Below are positions 20,791 through 30,982 of a DNA stretch of 64,000 bases, in pieces. Position 1 is the stretch's first letter. The number at the start of each line of letters is the position of its first letter. The position numbers and the translations under genes were made by a program. The stretch is from Bacteroidales bacterium (GTDB lineage Bacteria; Bacteroidota; Bacteroidia; Bacteroidales; VadinHA17), in assembly GCA_020201035.1 (NCBI GenBank), contig JAIVHO010000034.1, positions 83,577 to 147,576 on the forward strand. Direction: 5' to 3'. Below the pieces are notes generated by a model. It saw only the letters and a list, made by a program, of their open reading frames with translations, did not search any database and had not been told where the DNA came from.

Positions 20791-21687
20791 TTATTCAGCT
20801 TTCAAACGCAGCAGTCGGTGCCTTTTCTTCAGGATTATCTCCCTTGACTCATCACCACGCTGAACCGTTGCATACTCATCACACTCACCGCTGCCATAAT
20901 CAAGGGTGAATGGCTCCTGCTGGCCCCTGGTGAATTCAATTATCCCGCTTACCGGGAAGGGGCATATTCTCTTACGGTGAAGCGGGGTTACTATAGAGCT
21001 TTCAAATATCTCCCCGCTTATTGATATACCTGAAGCAGTTCCTGTAACAAAAACCTCATCATCCCAGGGATTAAAGGTATCGTAACCGGCAACCCATTCT
21101 CTTTCGCGATAGAATTCCCTTTCTGCCGTTTTACCGTCAGGAAACAACAGCCTTCCTCCGGTCAGGGAGAAGCTGAATACTACATTCTGGTTGTCATTCA
21201 CGCCTTCATTTGTTGACACTCTGGTTCCCTCAACTCCAATTCCGTTAAAGAAATAATTATCAAATGTTACAGTGTGACTTGAACCTTCAATCCTGCGCCT
21301 ACCGTCAACGGTGATAATTATCTTCCCGGATCTTGTCTGGCCGTAAAACCCTGTACAGCCCTCACCGTAATCGACAGTAATAATCTTTCCTGTTCCTTCA
21401 ATAAAGGTGACTGATACCATTGGGCATGAGTCAGCAACAATTGTCACCTCCCCGCTCTTGGATCCGTCATAACTCTTTTCAAAACCGTCCAGCAGCGAGA
21501 GGGCATTATCGGCGGTAACAAATATATCATCAAATATAACATCTGCCACTGCATCATCATCTGCCAGATTTATATCATCCGGTGAAAGCTGATCGGCACT
21601 CTTCTCGCACGAAGCAAATATAAGCCCCATGGCTGCTACTGTAAAAAATAATTTTCTGATTTTCATACGCTTAAAGATTTTATTCAT
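20791..21687 (-). CDS. hypothetical lipoprotein
   Basis: Signal peptide plus lipobox (GLIFASC) and several paired Cys. The start may instead be the internal MKIRK at 21666. Confidence 0.6.
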   Translation of the reverse strand: MNKIFKRMKIRKLFFTVAAMGLIFASCEKSADQLSPDDINLADDDAVADVIFDDIFVTADNALSLLDGFEKSYDGSKSGEVTIVADSCPMVSVTFIEGTGKIITVDYGEGCTGFYGQTRSGKIIITVDGRRRIEGSSHTVTFDNYFFNGIGVEGTRVSTNEGVNDNQNVVFSFSLTGGRLLFPDGKTAEREFYREREWVAGYDTFNPWDDEVFVTGTASGISISGEIFESSIVTPLHRKRICPFPVSGIIEFTRGQQEPFTLDYGSGECDEYATVQRGDESREIILKKRHRLLRLKAE

Positions 21688-21877
21688 TTAACAATAATGC
21701 TTTTTACTTACGTGAACCAAATCTATCAGGCCTGTAATGATACCATGAAAAAAAATCGTTCCCGTCGTGATACCTTCAGATTCACATCTTCAGGTGACCG
21801 TTTCAACCATTAGAGTTAACAAAGGGGTCAAAGGTTTAACCGTAAAGAAAAAAAATCCGATTACCTCCAGGCCGAAT

Positions 21878-21949
21878 GTACAGGTGAGTTTCCGCTTCTG
21901 CTTCCTGAGATAGGTACAGGTGAGTTTCCGCTTCTGCTTCCTGAGATAG
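21878..21949. repeat. exact 36-bp tandem duplication (gtacaggtgagtttccgcttctgcttcctgagatag x2) downstream of the folA stop
   Basis: Read directly: copies at 21878-21913 and 21914-21949. Confidence 0.9.
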
Positions 21950-22010
21950 GATTCCACAATTCCGCAAGGGGTGTTGCAGTTCCATAATCAGCAGATTACG
22001 TCGCCGGATG

Positions 22011-22496
22011 CTATCTTCTGATATAGGTTACATAGGAATAGGAGAATCCGCATTCAGGATCAAATTCACGATCCTCCCTTTCTGTCTCCTCCCACATCTC
22101 AGGATCAATATAAGGAAAGAAAGTGTCTGCCCTGTACTCCTTATGCACATGGGTAACCATCAGCCTGTGGGCTTTACTCAGGAATTCCCTGTAAACCATA
22201 CCGCCCCCGATAATAAAAACCTCCTTCTCCTGATTGCACTTTGAAAGGGCGTCATCGGCAGAATAGGCACAGACGCAGTTATCAATACATTCGCAGGGGT
22301 TATCTGTCATAACCACATTCAACCGCCCGGGCAGGGGTCGCCGCGGCAGCGAGTACCATGTATTCTTTCCCATGATCAGATTGTGCCCCATTGTAATCCG
22401 CCTGAACCTCTTCAGATCATCAGGAATATTCCATAGCAGTGAGTTTCCACTGCCTATGGCCCCGTTCTCTGCTATTGCCACTATTATGGTTATCAT
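22011..22496 (-). CDS. folA: dihydrofolate reductase
   Basis: MITIIVAIAENGAIG..LPW....D...F...T and LIMGKNTW motifs. The track start at 22505 is TTG; ATG at 22496 gives a canonical N-terminus. Confidence 0.9.
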   Translation of the reverse strand: MITIIVAIAENGAIGSGNSLLWNIPDDLKRFRRITMGHNLIMGKNTWYSLPRRPLPGRLNVVMTDNPCECIDNCVCAYSADDALSKCNQEKEVFIIGGGMVYREFLSKAHRLMVTHVHKEYRADTFFPYIDPEMWEETEREDREFDPECGFSYSYVTYIRR

Positions 22497-22501
22497 ATCT
22501 T

Positions 22502-23296
22502 TCAAACAGCTATTTCACCCTTTATATGAGGGTGCGCATTATACCCTTCAAGGGTAAAATCATCATACTCAAAATCAAAAACCGAAGGCGGGGTGCGCTT
22601 AATCTTCATCACCGGTAATGGAAAGGGCTTTCGTGAGAGCTGCTCTTTCACCTGATCCAGGTGGTTAAGATAAATATGGGCATCTCCCAGTGTATGGATA
22701 AACTCTCCGGGCTCCAGGGATGTTACCCTTGCAACCATCAGCAGCAGAAGAGCATAGGAGGCTATATTAAAGGGAACACCCAGGAAAATATCTGCTGAAC
22801 GCTGGTATAGCTGGCATGAGAGACGGCCATCCGCAACATAAAACTGGTAAAGTATATGGCATGGAGGCAGTGCCATCTTTTCAATCTCACCCACATTCCA
22901 TGCACTAACGATATGGCGTCTGGAATCGGGGTTATTTTTAATTGAGTCAATAACTGCACTTATCTGATCAACCGTCTGTCCGCCCGGTAAGGGCCACGAA
23001 CGCCACTGGGCTCCGTAAACAGGACCCAGATTACCCTGTGCGTCGGCCCAGTCGTTCCATATCCTTACACCATTCTCCTGAAGATAACGCACATTTGTAT
23101 CACCTTTCAGGAACCACAGCAATTCATGGATAATAGATTTCAGGTGAATCCTTTTTGTTGTCATTACAGGGAAACCATCAGCAAGATCAAACCTCATCTG
23201 GTAACCGAACAGACTTATGGTACCGGTACCGGTTCGGTCACTTTTAAGGGTTCCCCTTTCCAGTACATTGTTTAAAAGATCCAGATACTGTACCAT
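22502..23296 (-). CDS. thyA: thymidylate synthase (ThyA type)
   Basis: 264 aa; [12 protein letters not shown], active-site ALPPCH, and the C-terminal IAV. Confidence 0.96.
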   Translation of the reverse strand: MVQYLDLLNNVLERGTLKSDRTGTGTISLFGYQMRFDLADGFPVMTTKRIHLKSIIHELLWFLKGDTNVRYLQENGVRIWNDWADAQGNLGPVYGAQWRSWPLPGGQTVDQISAVIDSIKNNPDSRRHIVSAWNVGEIEKMALPPCHILYQFYVADGRLSCQLYQRSADIFLGVPFNIASYALLLLMVARVTSLEPGEFIHTLGDAHIYLNHLDQVKEQLSRKPFPLPVMKIKRTPPSVFDFEYDDFTLEGYNAHPHIKGEIAV

Positions 23297-23384
23297 TTTC
23301 TAACCCTTTTTTACTACCAACTTCTTCGACGACCAACCTCTTTAACTATTATCCTCTTAACTTCCAGCTTCTTATACTACATGC

Positions 23385-25370
23385 TTATTTTTGTCTGACT
23401 GCTTCCTTATTAATTCCCTGCTCCTTTGTGAATACGGCAACCCAGCCTCCTCCCGGTGCCAGCTTTATATTTAATACCTTTTCCGCCATTGTTGCTTCCC
23501 TGTCAACAGCATAATCGGATGCATACCTGTCGGCATTGATTCCGTCACGAAAGACAACACTGCTATAATCATCACCCTCAAGAAAAGAGAGGTCAACTGT
23601 CATATCCCTTGCATCATTGCCATTCATTACTCCCACATACCAGTTGTCACCACTTCGCCTTGCTATGGCAACAAACTCACCTATTGTTCCGTCAAGCACC
23701 TTTGTTTCCTCCCATACCACAGGCACGGAGGTTATAAAATCAGTACACTCCTGTTCCCTTTTGTAATTCGAGGGGTTATCGGCAAGCATCTGGAGCGGAC
23801 TCTCATAAACCACGTACATTGCCATCTGGTGAACTCTGGTACCCTGGCTGGCTGGCCTGGTGTACATAGGGTTGAAATTATCAGGATGAAGGTTTACCAT
23901 TGCTCCAGGGGTGTAATCCATAGGCCCTGCCACCATTCTGGTAAATGGAATTGTGACATTATGACGCGGGGTCACCTCCCTGCCCCACTTGTTGTTTTCC
24001 AGACCCTTAACGCCCTCCCTGGTAATTACATTGGGCCAGGTACGGCGCAGGCCGGATGGCTTATATGATCCGTGAAAATCAACCATCATCCTGTACTGTG
24101 CTGCCTTCTTTGCCACCCTGTAATAGTACTGCACCATCTTCTGGTCATCGCGCTGCATAAAATCCACCTTGATACCCTTAACTCCCCATTCACTAAATTG
24201 CTGGAAAGCCTTCTCCATCTGGTCATCAAAAGTTTTCCAGACAACCCACAGTATGATCCCCACACCCTTTGATTCAGCATAGTTGCAAATTTCACCGATA
24301 TCAAATCCGGGAGAGATATCAAACAGGTCTCCGAGCCTGTACCACCCCTCATCCAGAATAACATACTCTATCCCGTTTTCAGCAGCAAAATCGATATAAT
24401 ATTTATATGTATCATTATTTAGTCCGGCCCTGAAATCAACACCATAAATATTATTGGCGTTAAACCAGTCCCAGGCAACCTGTCCGGGCTTTATCCATGA
24501 GGGATCTTCAATCCGGCTGGTATCCGCAAGCAAAAAAGTAAGGTTACTCTCAATCAGCTCAGCATCACTGCCTGTAATAATAAAGGTACGCCATGGAAAC
24601 CTCCGGCTCCCGTCGGTCTCAGCCAGAAAATCGGTCCGCTCATCCACCATCTGTGTCCTGTCGCGGATCATCCGTTCCGTCTTTGGATATTGTGGAAAAA
24701 CAGCCTTAAGGCTATTACTTCCGGCTCCCCTTATCCACATACCGGGATAATCCTCCAGTCCCGATTCGGTAATCAGTATATTGGATCCTGCTGCCTTAAC
24801 CAGCAGGGGCAGGCTGGCCAGATGCCTGTCAGCTATCGTGTCCAGTGACACCGGGGTAAATGTCCGTTCATTGTGTGACACAAATGAGTCCTCAAACGGG
24901 TACCATGATGTACTCTCTTCAGGGAAGAAGAGGTTTGCAGTCTCATTAATTACCAGTATGCTGCCATCCATAACAGTTTCAAAGGCATATGCCACTCCAT
25001 CGTTATATGCCCTGAAGTGGATCATATTTTTATCCCTGAAGGTGAGCGTCAGCTGGTTGTACTGCTCCTTTATTTCTGCATCCTTATGAGCAACCACAGG
25101 GTATACAACACTGTTTACCCCAGTGATCTCATCCCTCCTTATCCTGAAATTTTCTGCCGGAAGCTCCGAACCGGCAAACTTCATTGAAAGCTCGGAAGGC
25201 AGGATAACCTCACGTCCCCTGTAGCTTACTGACCATCGGATTCCGCTGTCGGCAGTAACCTTCAGAACAATCGTGCCGTCCGGAGATTCAAGTGTGTACT
25301 GTGCTTTTGCTGGCATTCCGGCCGCCAGTAGCAGGGTTACAGTAATTGTAAAAAATATTCCTTTCATCAT
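23385..25370 (-). CDS. glycoside hydrolase family 97 (SusB-like alpha-glucosidase/alpha-galactosidase)
   Basis: 661 aa with a signal peptide. Motifs resemble GH97 as I recall it: GIEYVILDEGW, GIKVDFMQRDDQ, MVDFHG. Confidence 0.8.
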   Translation of the reverse strand: MMKGIFFTITVTLLLAAGMPAKAQYTLESPDGTIVLKVTADSGIRWSVSYRGREVILPSELSMKFAGSELPAENFRIRRDEITGVNSVVYPVVAHKDAEIKEQYNQLTLTFRDKNMIHFRAYNDGVAYAFETVMDGSILVINETANLFFPEESTSWYPFEDSFVSHNERTFTPVSLDTIADRHLASLPLLVKAAGSNILITESGLEDYPGMWIRGAGSNSLKAVFPQYPKTERMIRDRTQMVDERTDFLAETDGSRRFPWRTFIITGSDAELIESNLTFLLADTSRIEDPSWIKPGQVAWDWFNANNIYGVDFRAGLNNDTYKYYIDFAAENGIEYVILDEGWYRLGDLFDISPGFDIGEICNYAESKGVGIILWVVWKTFDDQMEKAFQQFSEWGVKGIKVDFMQRDDQKMVQYYYRVAKKAAQYRMMVDFHGSYKPSGLRRTWPNVITREGVKGLENNKWGREVTPRHNVTIPFTRMVAGPMDYTPGAMVNLHPDNFNPMYTRPASQGTRVHQMAMYVVYESPLQMLADNPSNYKREQECTDFITSVPVVWEETKVLDGTIGEFVAIARRSGDNWYVGVMNGNDARDMTVDLSFLEGDDYSSVVFRDGINADRYASDYAVDREATMAEKVLNIKLAPGGGWVAVFTKEQGINKEAVRQK

Positions 25371-25380
25371 AACTTATTAT

Positions 25381-26877
25381 TTATCCCAGTATCATACCAA
25401 TAATTGTAGCCGACATCAGTGATGCCAGTGTTCCTGCCAGGAGTGCCCTCATCCCGTAGCGGGCCAGGAGCACCCTTTTATTAGGGGCCAGCGACCCTAT
25501 CCCCCCAATCTGTATTCCGATAGAGGCGAAGTTTGCAAATCCGGCGAGCATATAGGTTGCCATAATAACTGATTTGCTGTATGTAAAGGCCCCTGTACTC
25601 TTCAGGTCGGCCAGACTGATATAACCAACGAACTCTGTCATTATCAGCTTCTCTCCCAGGAGTCGCCCCAGAAGGGTAATATCTTCTCCCCCCACGCCGA
25701 TAAGCCACATTACGGGTGCAAAGAGATAACCCAGAAGGAATTGAAGGGATAGCTCATTATAGTTTCCGTTCGTAATTGCTGTAATTGCCCCGTTAATGCC
25801 GGTCCAGTCGCCGATCTTTAGAAAGATAAAATTAAAGAATGCTATAAAGGCTATAAAGGAGAGTAACATGGCCGCCACGTTGGCTGCCAGTTTGAGTCCT
25901 TCAGTTGTTCCGTTTGATATAGCATCAAGAACATTATTACCGACTTTGTCGCGGGTAATCTCAATCACGTCACTGATATCTTCAGTCTGCGGAACAATAA
26001 TCTTTGAGATAACCACGGCACCTGGTGCCGCCATCACACTGGCTGCCAGCAGATGCTTGGCAAAGATAAGCTCCTGCACGGGATCCCCTGCTCCCAGAAA
26101 ACCAATATAGGCTGCCAGCACTCCTCCTGCCAGCGTTGCCATTCCTCCGGTCATCACAAGCATTATTTCTGACGGATTCATATGTGGCAGATAGGCTTTT
26201 ACCATAAGCGGAGATTCAGTCTGTCCCAGAAAGATATTTCCGGCCACCGACAGGCTTTCAGCACCACTGAGTTTCATTGCCTTTGTCATCACCCAGGCAA
26301 GTCCGTACACTATTTTCTGAATAATCCCCAGATAAAAGAGCAGGGATGTAAGAGCAGAAAAGAAAATGATGGTCGGGAGTATCTGGAAAGCAAATATTAC
26401 TCCCATCTTCTCACTGTCCATAAGTGATCCGAACAGGAAGGTGCTTCCCTCCTTTGTGAAATCAAGAATCTTTACAAAAATCTTCCCTGTAAAGTCGAAC
26501 AGAAACCTGACGAAGGGGACATAAAGTATTCCTGCTGCCAGCACCACCTGAAATGTAAGCCCGGTAATCACCACCCTCCAGGCCACAGCCCTGCGGTTTG
26601 CACTGAAAAGGAATGCAAGAAGTACCAGTACAGTCATGCCAAGCAATCCCCGGAGCATTGACACAAGGGTGAAGCCGCCTCCCATCGATGCATCTATTAC
26701 GCTTCCTCCCTGCAGCAACTGTTCACTTCCCTGTCCGGGTACAACAGTGTCAGGTACAGCCACCCGGTCTCCTGAAATCATAACGGAATCCTGTAAAGAT
26801 TCCGGAATATCTGCAGCCGTTACAACTCCCGGCAATACCATCATAAGGATTGTCAGGAGAAAAAGGGTGTTTCTCAT
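25381..26877 (-). CDS. NupC/CNT family concentrative nucleoside transporter
   Basis: Polytopic membrane protein; GNIFLGQTESPLMVKAYL and the GFANFASIG C-terminal motif are typical of CNT transporters. Confidence 0.85.
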   Translation of the reverse strand: MRNTLFLLTILMMVLPGVVTAADIPESLQDSVMISGDRVAVPDTVVPGQGSEQLLQGGSVIDASMGGGFTLVSMLRGLLGMTVLVLLAFLFSANRRAVAWRVVITGLTFQVVLAAGILYVPFVRFLFDFTGKIFVKILDFTKEGSTFLFGSLMDSEKMGVIFAFQILPTIIFFSALTSLLFYLGIIQKIVYGLAWVMTKAMKLSGAESLSVAGNIFLGQTESPLMVKAYLPHMNPSEIMLVMTGGMATLAGGVLAAYIGFLGAGDPVQELIFAKHLLAASVMAAPGAVVISKIIVPQTEDISDVIEITRDKVGNNVLDAISNGTTEGLKLAANVAAMLLSFIAFIAFFNFIFLKIGDWTGINGAITAITNGNYNELSLQFLLGYLFAPVMWLIGVGGEDITLLGRLLGEKLIMTEFVGYISLADLKSTGAFTYSKSVIMATYMLAGFANFASIGIQIGGIGSLAPNKRVLLARYGMRALLAGTLASLMSATIIGMILG

Positions 26878-26900
26878 AAATGATTGTGTTACTGTTACTG

Positions 26901-27494
26901 TTACTTTTTCTCTTTCTTCCCTATCTCGTCCCTTATTGCCGCGGCCCTTTCATAATCTTCCGATTCAATTGCCTCCTGCAGCATATTAGTGAGTTCAGCA
27001 AGTGAAAATGATGAAAGGGAATCATCCTCAGCACTTTCTATCCCTCCGGTTCCTCTTCCCCCCAGCATCTCCTCAGCCTCATCACCCTTAATAATAATGC
27101 CAGCCTTATCCATTATCTCCTCAGTGATATAAACAGGGCATTCAAATCTGAGAGCCAGGGCCACAGCATCAGATGTTCTGGAGTCAATCAGCAACTCCTT
27201 GTCATCTTTTGTGCATACAAGCTGTGAATAAAAAACCCCTTCCTCAAGCTTATGAATAAAAACCTCTCTCATTTTGACATCCAGCAGGTCTGCAAAGCTT
27301 TTAAAGAGATCATGTGTCAGAGGCCTTGGCGGGTTTAGATTTTCAAGCTTAATAACGATGGATTGTGCTTCAAACCCTCCTATAATAATAGGTAACCGTT
27401 TCTCTCCATCCTCCTCTGACAAAACCAGCGCATATGCTCCTGACTGTGTCTGACTGTACGATATTCCCAGTACATTTAATTTAATCTTCCTCAT
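26901..27494 (-). CDS. bifunctional nuclease (BFN/DUF151) domain protein with a C-terminal UVR motif
   Basis: MRKIKLNVLGISYSQTQSGAYALVL...LPIIIG..EA and RPLTHDL fit the BFN fold. The C-terminal EDYERAAAIRDEI is a UvrB/C-type motif. The track start at 27533 is probably too far upstream. Confidence 0.7.
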   Translation of the reverse strand: MRKIKLNVLGISYSQTQSGAYALVLSEEDGEKRLPIIIGGFEAQSIVIKLENLNPPRPLTHDLFKSFADLLDVKMREVFIHKLEEGVFYSQLVCTKDDKELLIDSRTSDAVALALRFECPVYITEEIMDKAGIIIKGDEAEEMLGGRGTGGIESAEDDSLSSFSLAELTNMLQEAIESEDYERAAAIRDEIGKKEKK

Positions 27495-27574
27495 ATTGGA
27501 ACCAGGTTGCCACATTTTTATGCCTGAATACAAATATAGCTATATTATTCTCTACAAAAAACAGTTGGCTCCTG

Positions 27575-27604
27575 TTTGGTATTGATACAAAATTTATATC
27601 TTTG
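27575..27604 (+). promoter_or_regulatory. Bacteroidota sigma-A promoter (-33 TTTG, -7 TATCTTTG) for rplU-rpmA
   Basis: TTTG at 27575-27578 and TATCTTTG at 27597-27604, 18 nt apart. This leaves an 83-nt leader before the ATG at 27688. Confidence 0.5.
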
Positions 27605-27687
27605 CAGTCCGAAATTCAGATTAATCTGTCCGGGCCTGTAAAAGTGGCAATTAGCCCGCCCTGCAGAGAAACATTAAAACAGAAAAT

Positions 27688-28326
27688 ATGTACGCAATAG
27701 TAGAGATTGCAGGACAGCAGTTCAAGGTTGAAAAGGGAGAGAAGATTTTTGTACACCGCCTTTCAAATGATGAGGGTGCAGATGTAACCTTTGACCAGGT
27801 CTTGCTGATTGACAATGAGGGCAAAATATCCATCGGCGAGCCGCTGGTTGAGGGTGCCTTTGTTGAAGGGAAAGTACTGAGTCACGTAAAGGGTGATAAG
27901 GTAATTGTCTTTAAGAAGAAAAGGAGAAAAGGATACCAGAAGAGTAATGGCCATCGCCAGCTGTTCAGCTCAGTGGAAATTCTTGCTGTCAATGAAACAG
28001 GAAAACCAAAAGCAGCCAAAGCAGTGGTAAAGGAATCACCTGACAGCGAAAAGCCGGATACAAAAAAAGCGGATACAGAGGAAGCTGCTGCAAAAAGTGA
28101 AACTGCAAAAGCATCCGTTCCCGTGAGTGAAGAGGCAGCAAAGAAACCCGCTGAAAAGAAACCTGCAGCAAAGAAGCCTGCAGCAAAGAAGCCTGCAGCA
28201 AAGAAGCCTGCAGCAAAGAAGCCAGCGGCAAAGAAGGCAGCGGCAAAGAAGGCAGAAACAGGCAGCAATACTCCAAAAAAGAGTACTCCTGCCGGAGGTA
28301 AGACATCAGACAAGGAGAGCAAATAG
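27688..28326 (+). CDS. rplU: 50S ribosomal protein L21 with a roughly 110-aa Lys/Ala/Pro-rich C-terminal extension
   Basis: MYAIVEIAGQQFKVEKGEKIFV is a canonical L21 N-terminus. After about residue 100 the sequence becomes ...AAKKPAEKKPAAKKPAAKKPAAKKPAAKKPAAKKAAAKK..., encoded by 15-bp DNA repeats (aagaagcctgcagca). Confidence 0.9.
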   Translation: MYAIVEIAGQQFKVEKGEKIFVHRLSNDEGADVTFDQVLLIDNEGKISIGEPLVEGAFVEGKVLSHVKGDKVIVFKKKRRKGYQKSNGHRQLFSSVEILAVNETGKPKAAKAVVKESPDSEKPDTKKADTEEAAAKSETAKASVPVSEEAAKKPAEKKPAAKKPAAKKPAAKKPAAKKPAAKKAAAKKAETGSNTPKKSTPAGGKTSDKESK

Positions 28327-28362
28327 ATTTATCGTATCTGAAAATAAAAAAACCAGAATATT

Positions 28363-28626
28363 ATGGCACATAAGAAAGGAGCAGGCAGCTCGCGCAACGG
28401 CCGCGATTCAGAGAGCAAAAGACTCGGAGTCAAGCTTTTTGGCGGACAAACAGCTAAAGCCGGCAATATTATAGTACGCCAGAGGGGAACAAGACACCAT
28501 CCCGGCGACAATGTAGGAATAGGTAAGGATCATACGCTTTTTGCCCTTGCTGATGGCGTTGTAGAATTCAGAAGAAAGAGGGATAATAAATCATTTGTTT
28601 CGGTTCGTCCCGCCGCAGCTGAGTAA
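28363..28626 (+). CDS. rpmA: 50S ribosomal protein L27
   Basis: [24 protein letters not shown] is a canonical L27 N-terminus. Confidence 0.96.
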   Translation: MAHKKGAGSSRNGRDSESKRLGVKLFGGQTAKAGNIIVRQRGTRHHPGDNVGIGKDHTLFALADGVVEFRRKRDNKSFVSVRPAAAE

Positions 28627-28647
28627 ACTATCTCCGTTAATAATATA

Positions 28648-28697
28648 AACTCCTGTAATTGCCTCCCCCGGGAAGCGGTTACAGGAGTTTTTTTTTA
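28648..28697 (+). terminator. rho-independent terminator after rpmA
   Basis: Stem aactcctgtaa / ttacaggagtt followed by a 9-T run. Confidence 0.8.
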
Positions 28698-28705
28698 TAC
28701 TTTTG
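28698..28705 (+). promoter_or_regulatory. -7 promoter box TACTTTTG upstream of serS
   Basis: TAnnTTTG match. It overlaps the TTG start given in the ORF track, which argues for the ATG at 28763 as the serS start. Confidence 0.4.
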
Positions 28706-28762
28706 AGGAAACATCACCCTGCCGCCGGCACCGGTAAAAAGCAGGGATTAAAAACCTGTAAT

Positions 28763-30037
28763 ATGCTAACTTCGGGGATAATACGAGAAAAAAGAGATTT
28801 TGTTATTGAAAAGCTGAAGGTAAAAAACTTTGATGCCACAGAGATAACTGCAAAGATTATTGAAACAGATACCCGGCGAAGGGATATCCAGGTAAGGGCA
28901 GACAGCCTGATGTCAGAGATGAACAGAATCTCAAAGGTGATAGGAAAGCTCTACGCCGAAAACAAAAAGGCAGAAGCCGATGCTGCACGTGCACGCACGG
29001 GAGAGCTGAAGGAGGAGATAAAGGAACTCTCCCTTAAAAGAGCAGAGGCTGAGGATCTATTGAATGAGCTGCTGGTTCAGCTGCCAAACCTTCCGCATGA
29101 ATCGGTTAAGCCAGGCAAGGGTGAAAATGAGAATGAGACTATCAGGGAGGGAGGAAAAATGCCCGCTATGAGCGAAGATGCGCTTCCTCACTGGGACCTG
29201 ATAAAGAGATATGACATAATTGATATTGAGCTGGGCAACAAGCTTACCGGGGCAGGGTTCCCTGTATATAAGGGTAAAGGAGCCAGGCTGCAGAGGGCCC
29301 TTATAAACTTCTTCCTGGATGAGGGCGAGAAGGCAGGCTTCAGCGAGATACTACCCCCGGTACTGGTTAATGAAGAATCAGGCTTTGGCACCGGACAGCT
29401 GCCCGACAAGGAGGGGCAGATGTATCATGTAACGGAAGATAATCTCTACCTTATCCCCACGGCTGAAGTGCCGATCACAAATATCTACCGGGATGTTATA
29501 CTGGAGGAGGAACAACTGCCGGTAATGAATATGGGCTACACACAATGTTTCCGAAGAGAGGCCGGATCATGGGGAGCCCATGTAAGAGGGCTCAACAGAC
29601 TGCACCAGTTTGATAAGGTTGAGATTGTCGTTATCTCACACCCCTCAAAATCATATGAGACCCTGGATATGATGCTGAAACACGTTGAGCACCTTGTTAA
29701 CCTGCTTGAACTTCCTTACAGGGTATTAAGACTGTGTGGCGGAGACATCTCCTTCACCTCTGCCCTGACATATGATTTTGAAGTGTGGTCGGCAGGACAG
29801 AAGAGATGGCTCGAGGTCAGCTCTGTCTCCAATTTTGAATCATTTCAGTCGAACCGACTGAAATGCCGGTACCGTGATAAGGAGACAAAACAAAATCAAC
29901 TGGTACATACCCTGAACGGAAGTGCCCTTGCCCTGCCCAGGATAGTGGCTGCCCTCCTTGAGAATAACCAGACACCCAGAGGGATAAGAGTGCCAGCTGC
30001 GCTGATTCCCTACACGGGCTTTGATATAATAGACTAA
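28763..30037 (+). CDS. serS: serine--tRNA ligase
   Basis: Coiled-coil N-arm followed by class II motifs (FRREAGS.G...RGL.R.HQF.KVE; GSALA.PR). 424 aa from the ATG at 28763. Confidence 0.93.
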   Translation: MLTSGIIREKRDFVIEKLKVKNFDATEITAKIIETDTRRRDIQVRADSLMSEMNRISKVIGKLYAENKKAEADAARARTGELKEEIKELSLKRAEAEDLLNELLVQLPNLPHESVKPGKGENENETIREGGKMPAMSEDALPHWDLIKRYDIIDIELGNKLTGAGFPVYKGKGARLQRALINFFLDEGEKAGFSEILPPVLVNEESGFGTGQLPDKEGQMYHVTEDNLYLIPTAEVPITNIYRDVILEEEQLPVMNMGYTQCFRREAGSWGAHVRGLNRLHQFDKVEIVVISHPSKSYETLDMMLKHVEHLVNLLELPYRVLRLCGGDISFTSALTYDFEVWSAGQKRWLEVSSVSNFESFQSNRLKCRYRDKETKQNQLVHTLNGSALALPRIVAALLENNQTPRGIRVPAALIPYTGFDIID

Positions 30038-30057
30038 TCAACAGAACCTTAAAAGGA

Positions 30058-30945
30058 GTGAAGGATAGCACCAGATCATATATCTATGCGGGAACGGCTG
30101 TCCTCTTCTGGTCTACCATAGCCACAGCATTCAAGATAGCCCTGGGAGAGATGTCTCCCTCAATGCTGCTCCTTGTGGCCTCCCTCACCTCTGTTGCAGT
30201 GCTAACCATAATAGCTTTTGCTGAAGGATCACTCAGGGAAGTTCTGCGAAGCACGAGGCATAATCTGATCAGTTCTGCCCTGCTTGCACTGCTGAATCCC
30301 TTTATCTACTATCTTATACTGCTGGAGGCATACTCACGCCTGCCTGCCCAGGTTGCTCAGCCACTTAATATGATATGGCCAATTGTACTGGTCTTCCTTT
30401 CGGTACCCCTGCTGAAACAGAAGATCCCGGCCAGGAGCTTTATTTCCCTCTTTATCTCCTTTGCAGGAGTATATCTGGTATCTTCACAGGGGAGCCCGCT
30501 CGCTCCGGGCAGATCAGATTTAACCGGAGTAATTCTTGCAACAGGCAGTTCCCTTTTCTGGGCACTATATTTTATACTCAACATGCGGGATAAAAGAGCA
30601 GAAAGCATTAAACTCCTGGTAAATTTTATCTTCGCCTCAGTATATCTGCTTATCTACATGGCTCTCACAGACCGCTTTATGCCACTAACCCTGAAAGCTC
30701 TTGCCGCAGGTATATGGGTTGGCATTTTCGAGATGGGACTTACATTCTATCTGTGGCTGCGGGCACTCAAGCTGGCTGTAACTACCGACCGAATATCCAA
30801 CCTGGTCTTTCTTGCCCCCTTTATGTCGTTGCTTTTTATTTCTCTTATCCTCAAGGAGCATATCTATTACACTACCCTTGCCGGACTGATTCTTATAATT
30901 GCAGGGATAGTGTACCAGAACAGCGGGAGAAAAGCAAGAGAGTAA
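30058..30945 (+). CDS. DMT superfamily (EamA-like) transporter
   Basis: 10 TM helices arranged as two EamA-like halves; GTG start. Confidence 0.75.
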   Translation: MKDSTRSYIYAGTAVLFWSTIATAFKIALGEMSPSMLLLVASLTSVAVLTIIAFAEGSLREVLRSTRHNLISSALLALLNPFIYYLILLEAYSRLPAQVAQPLNMIWPIVLVFLSVPLLKQKIPARSFISLFISFAGVYLVSSQGSPLAPGRSDLTGVILATGSSLFWALYFILNMRDKRAESIKLLVNFIFASVYLLIYMALTDRFMPLTLKALAAGIWVGIFEMGLTFYLWLRALKLAVTTDRISNLVFLAPFMSLLFISLILKEHIYYTTLAGLILIIAGIVYQNSGRKARE

Positions 30946-30982
30946 CCGTTTTACCCTATATTTGTACACCGGAGATTCAGTT

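Noticed and set aside
27882-28474. Three ORFs (two on the minus strand, one on the plus strand) with FFAAG / SLLQA / QQRSL repeats
   Set aside because: They are alternative-frame and antisense readings of the L21 (KKPAA)n DNA repeat. The L21 frame is the one continuous with a canonical N-terminus.
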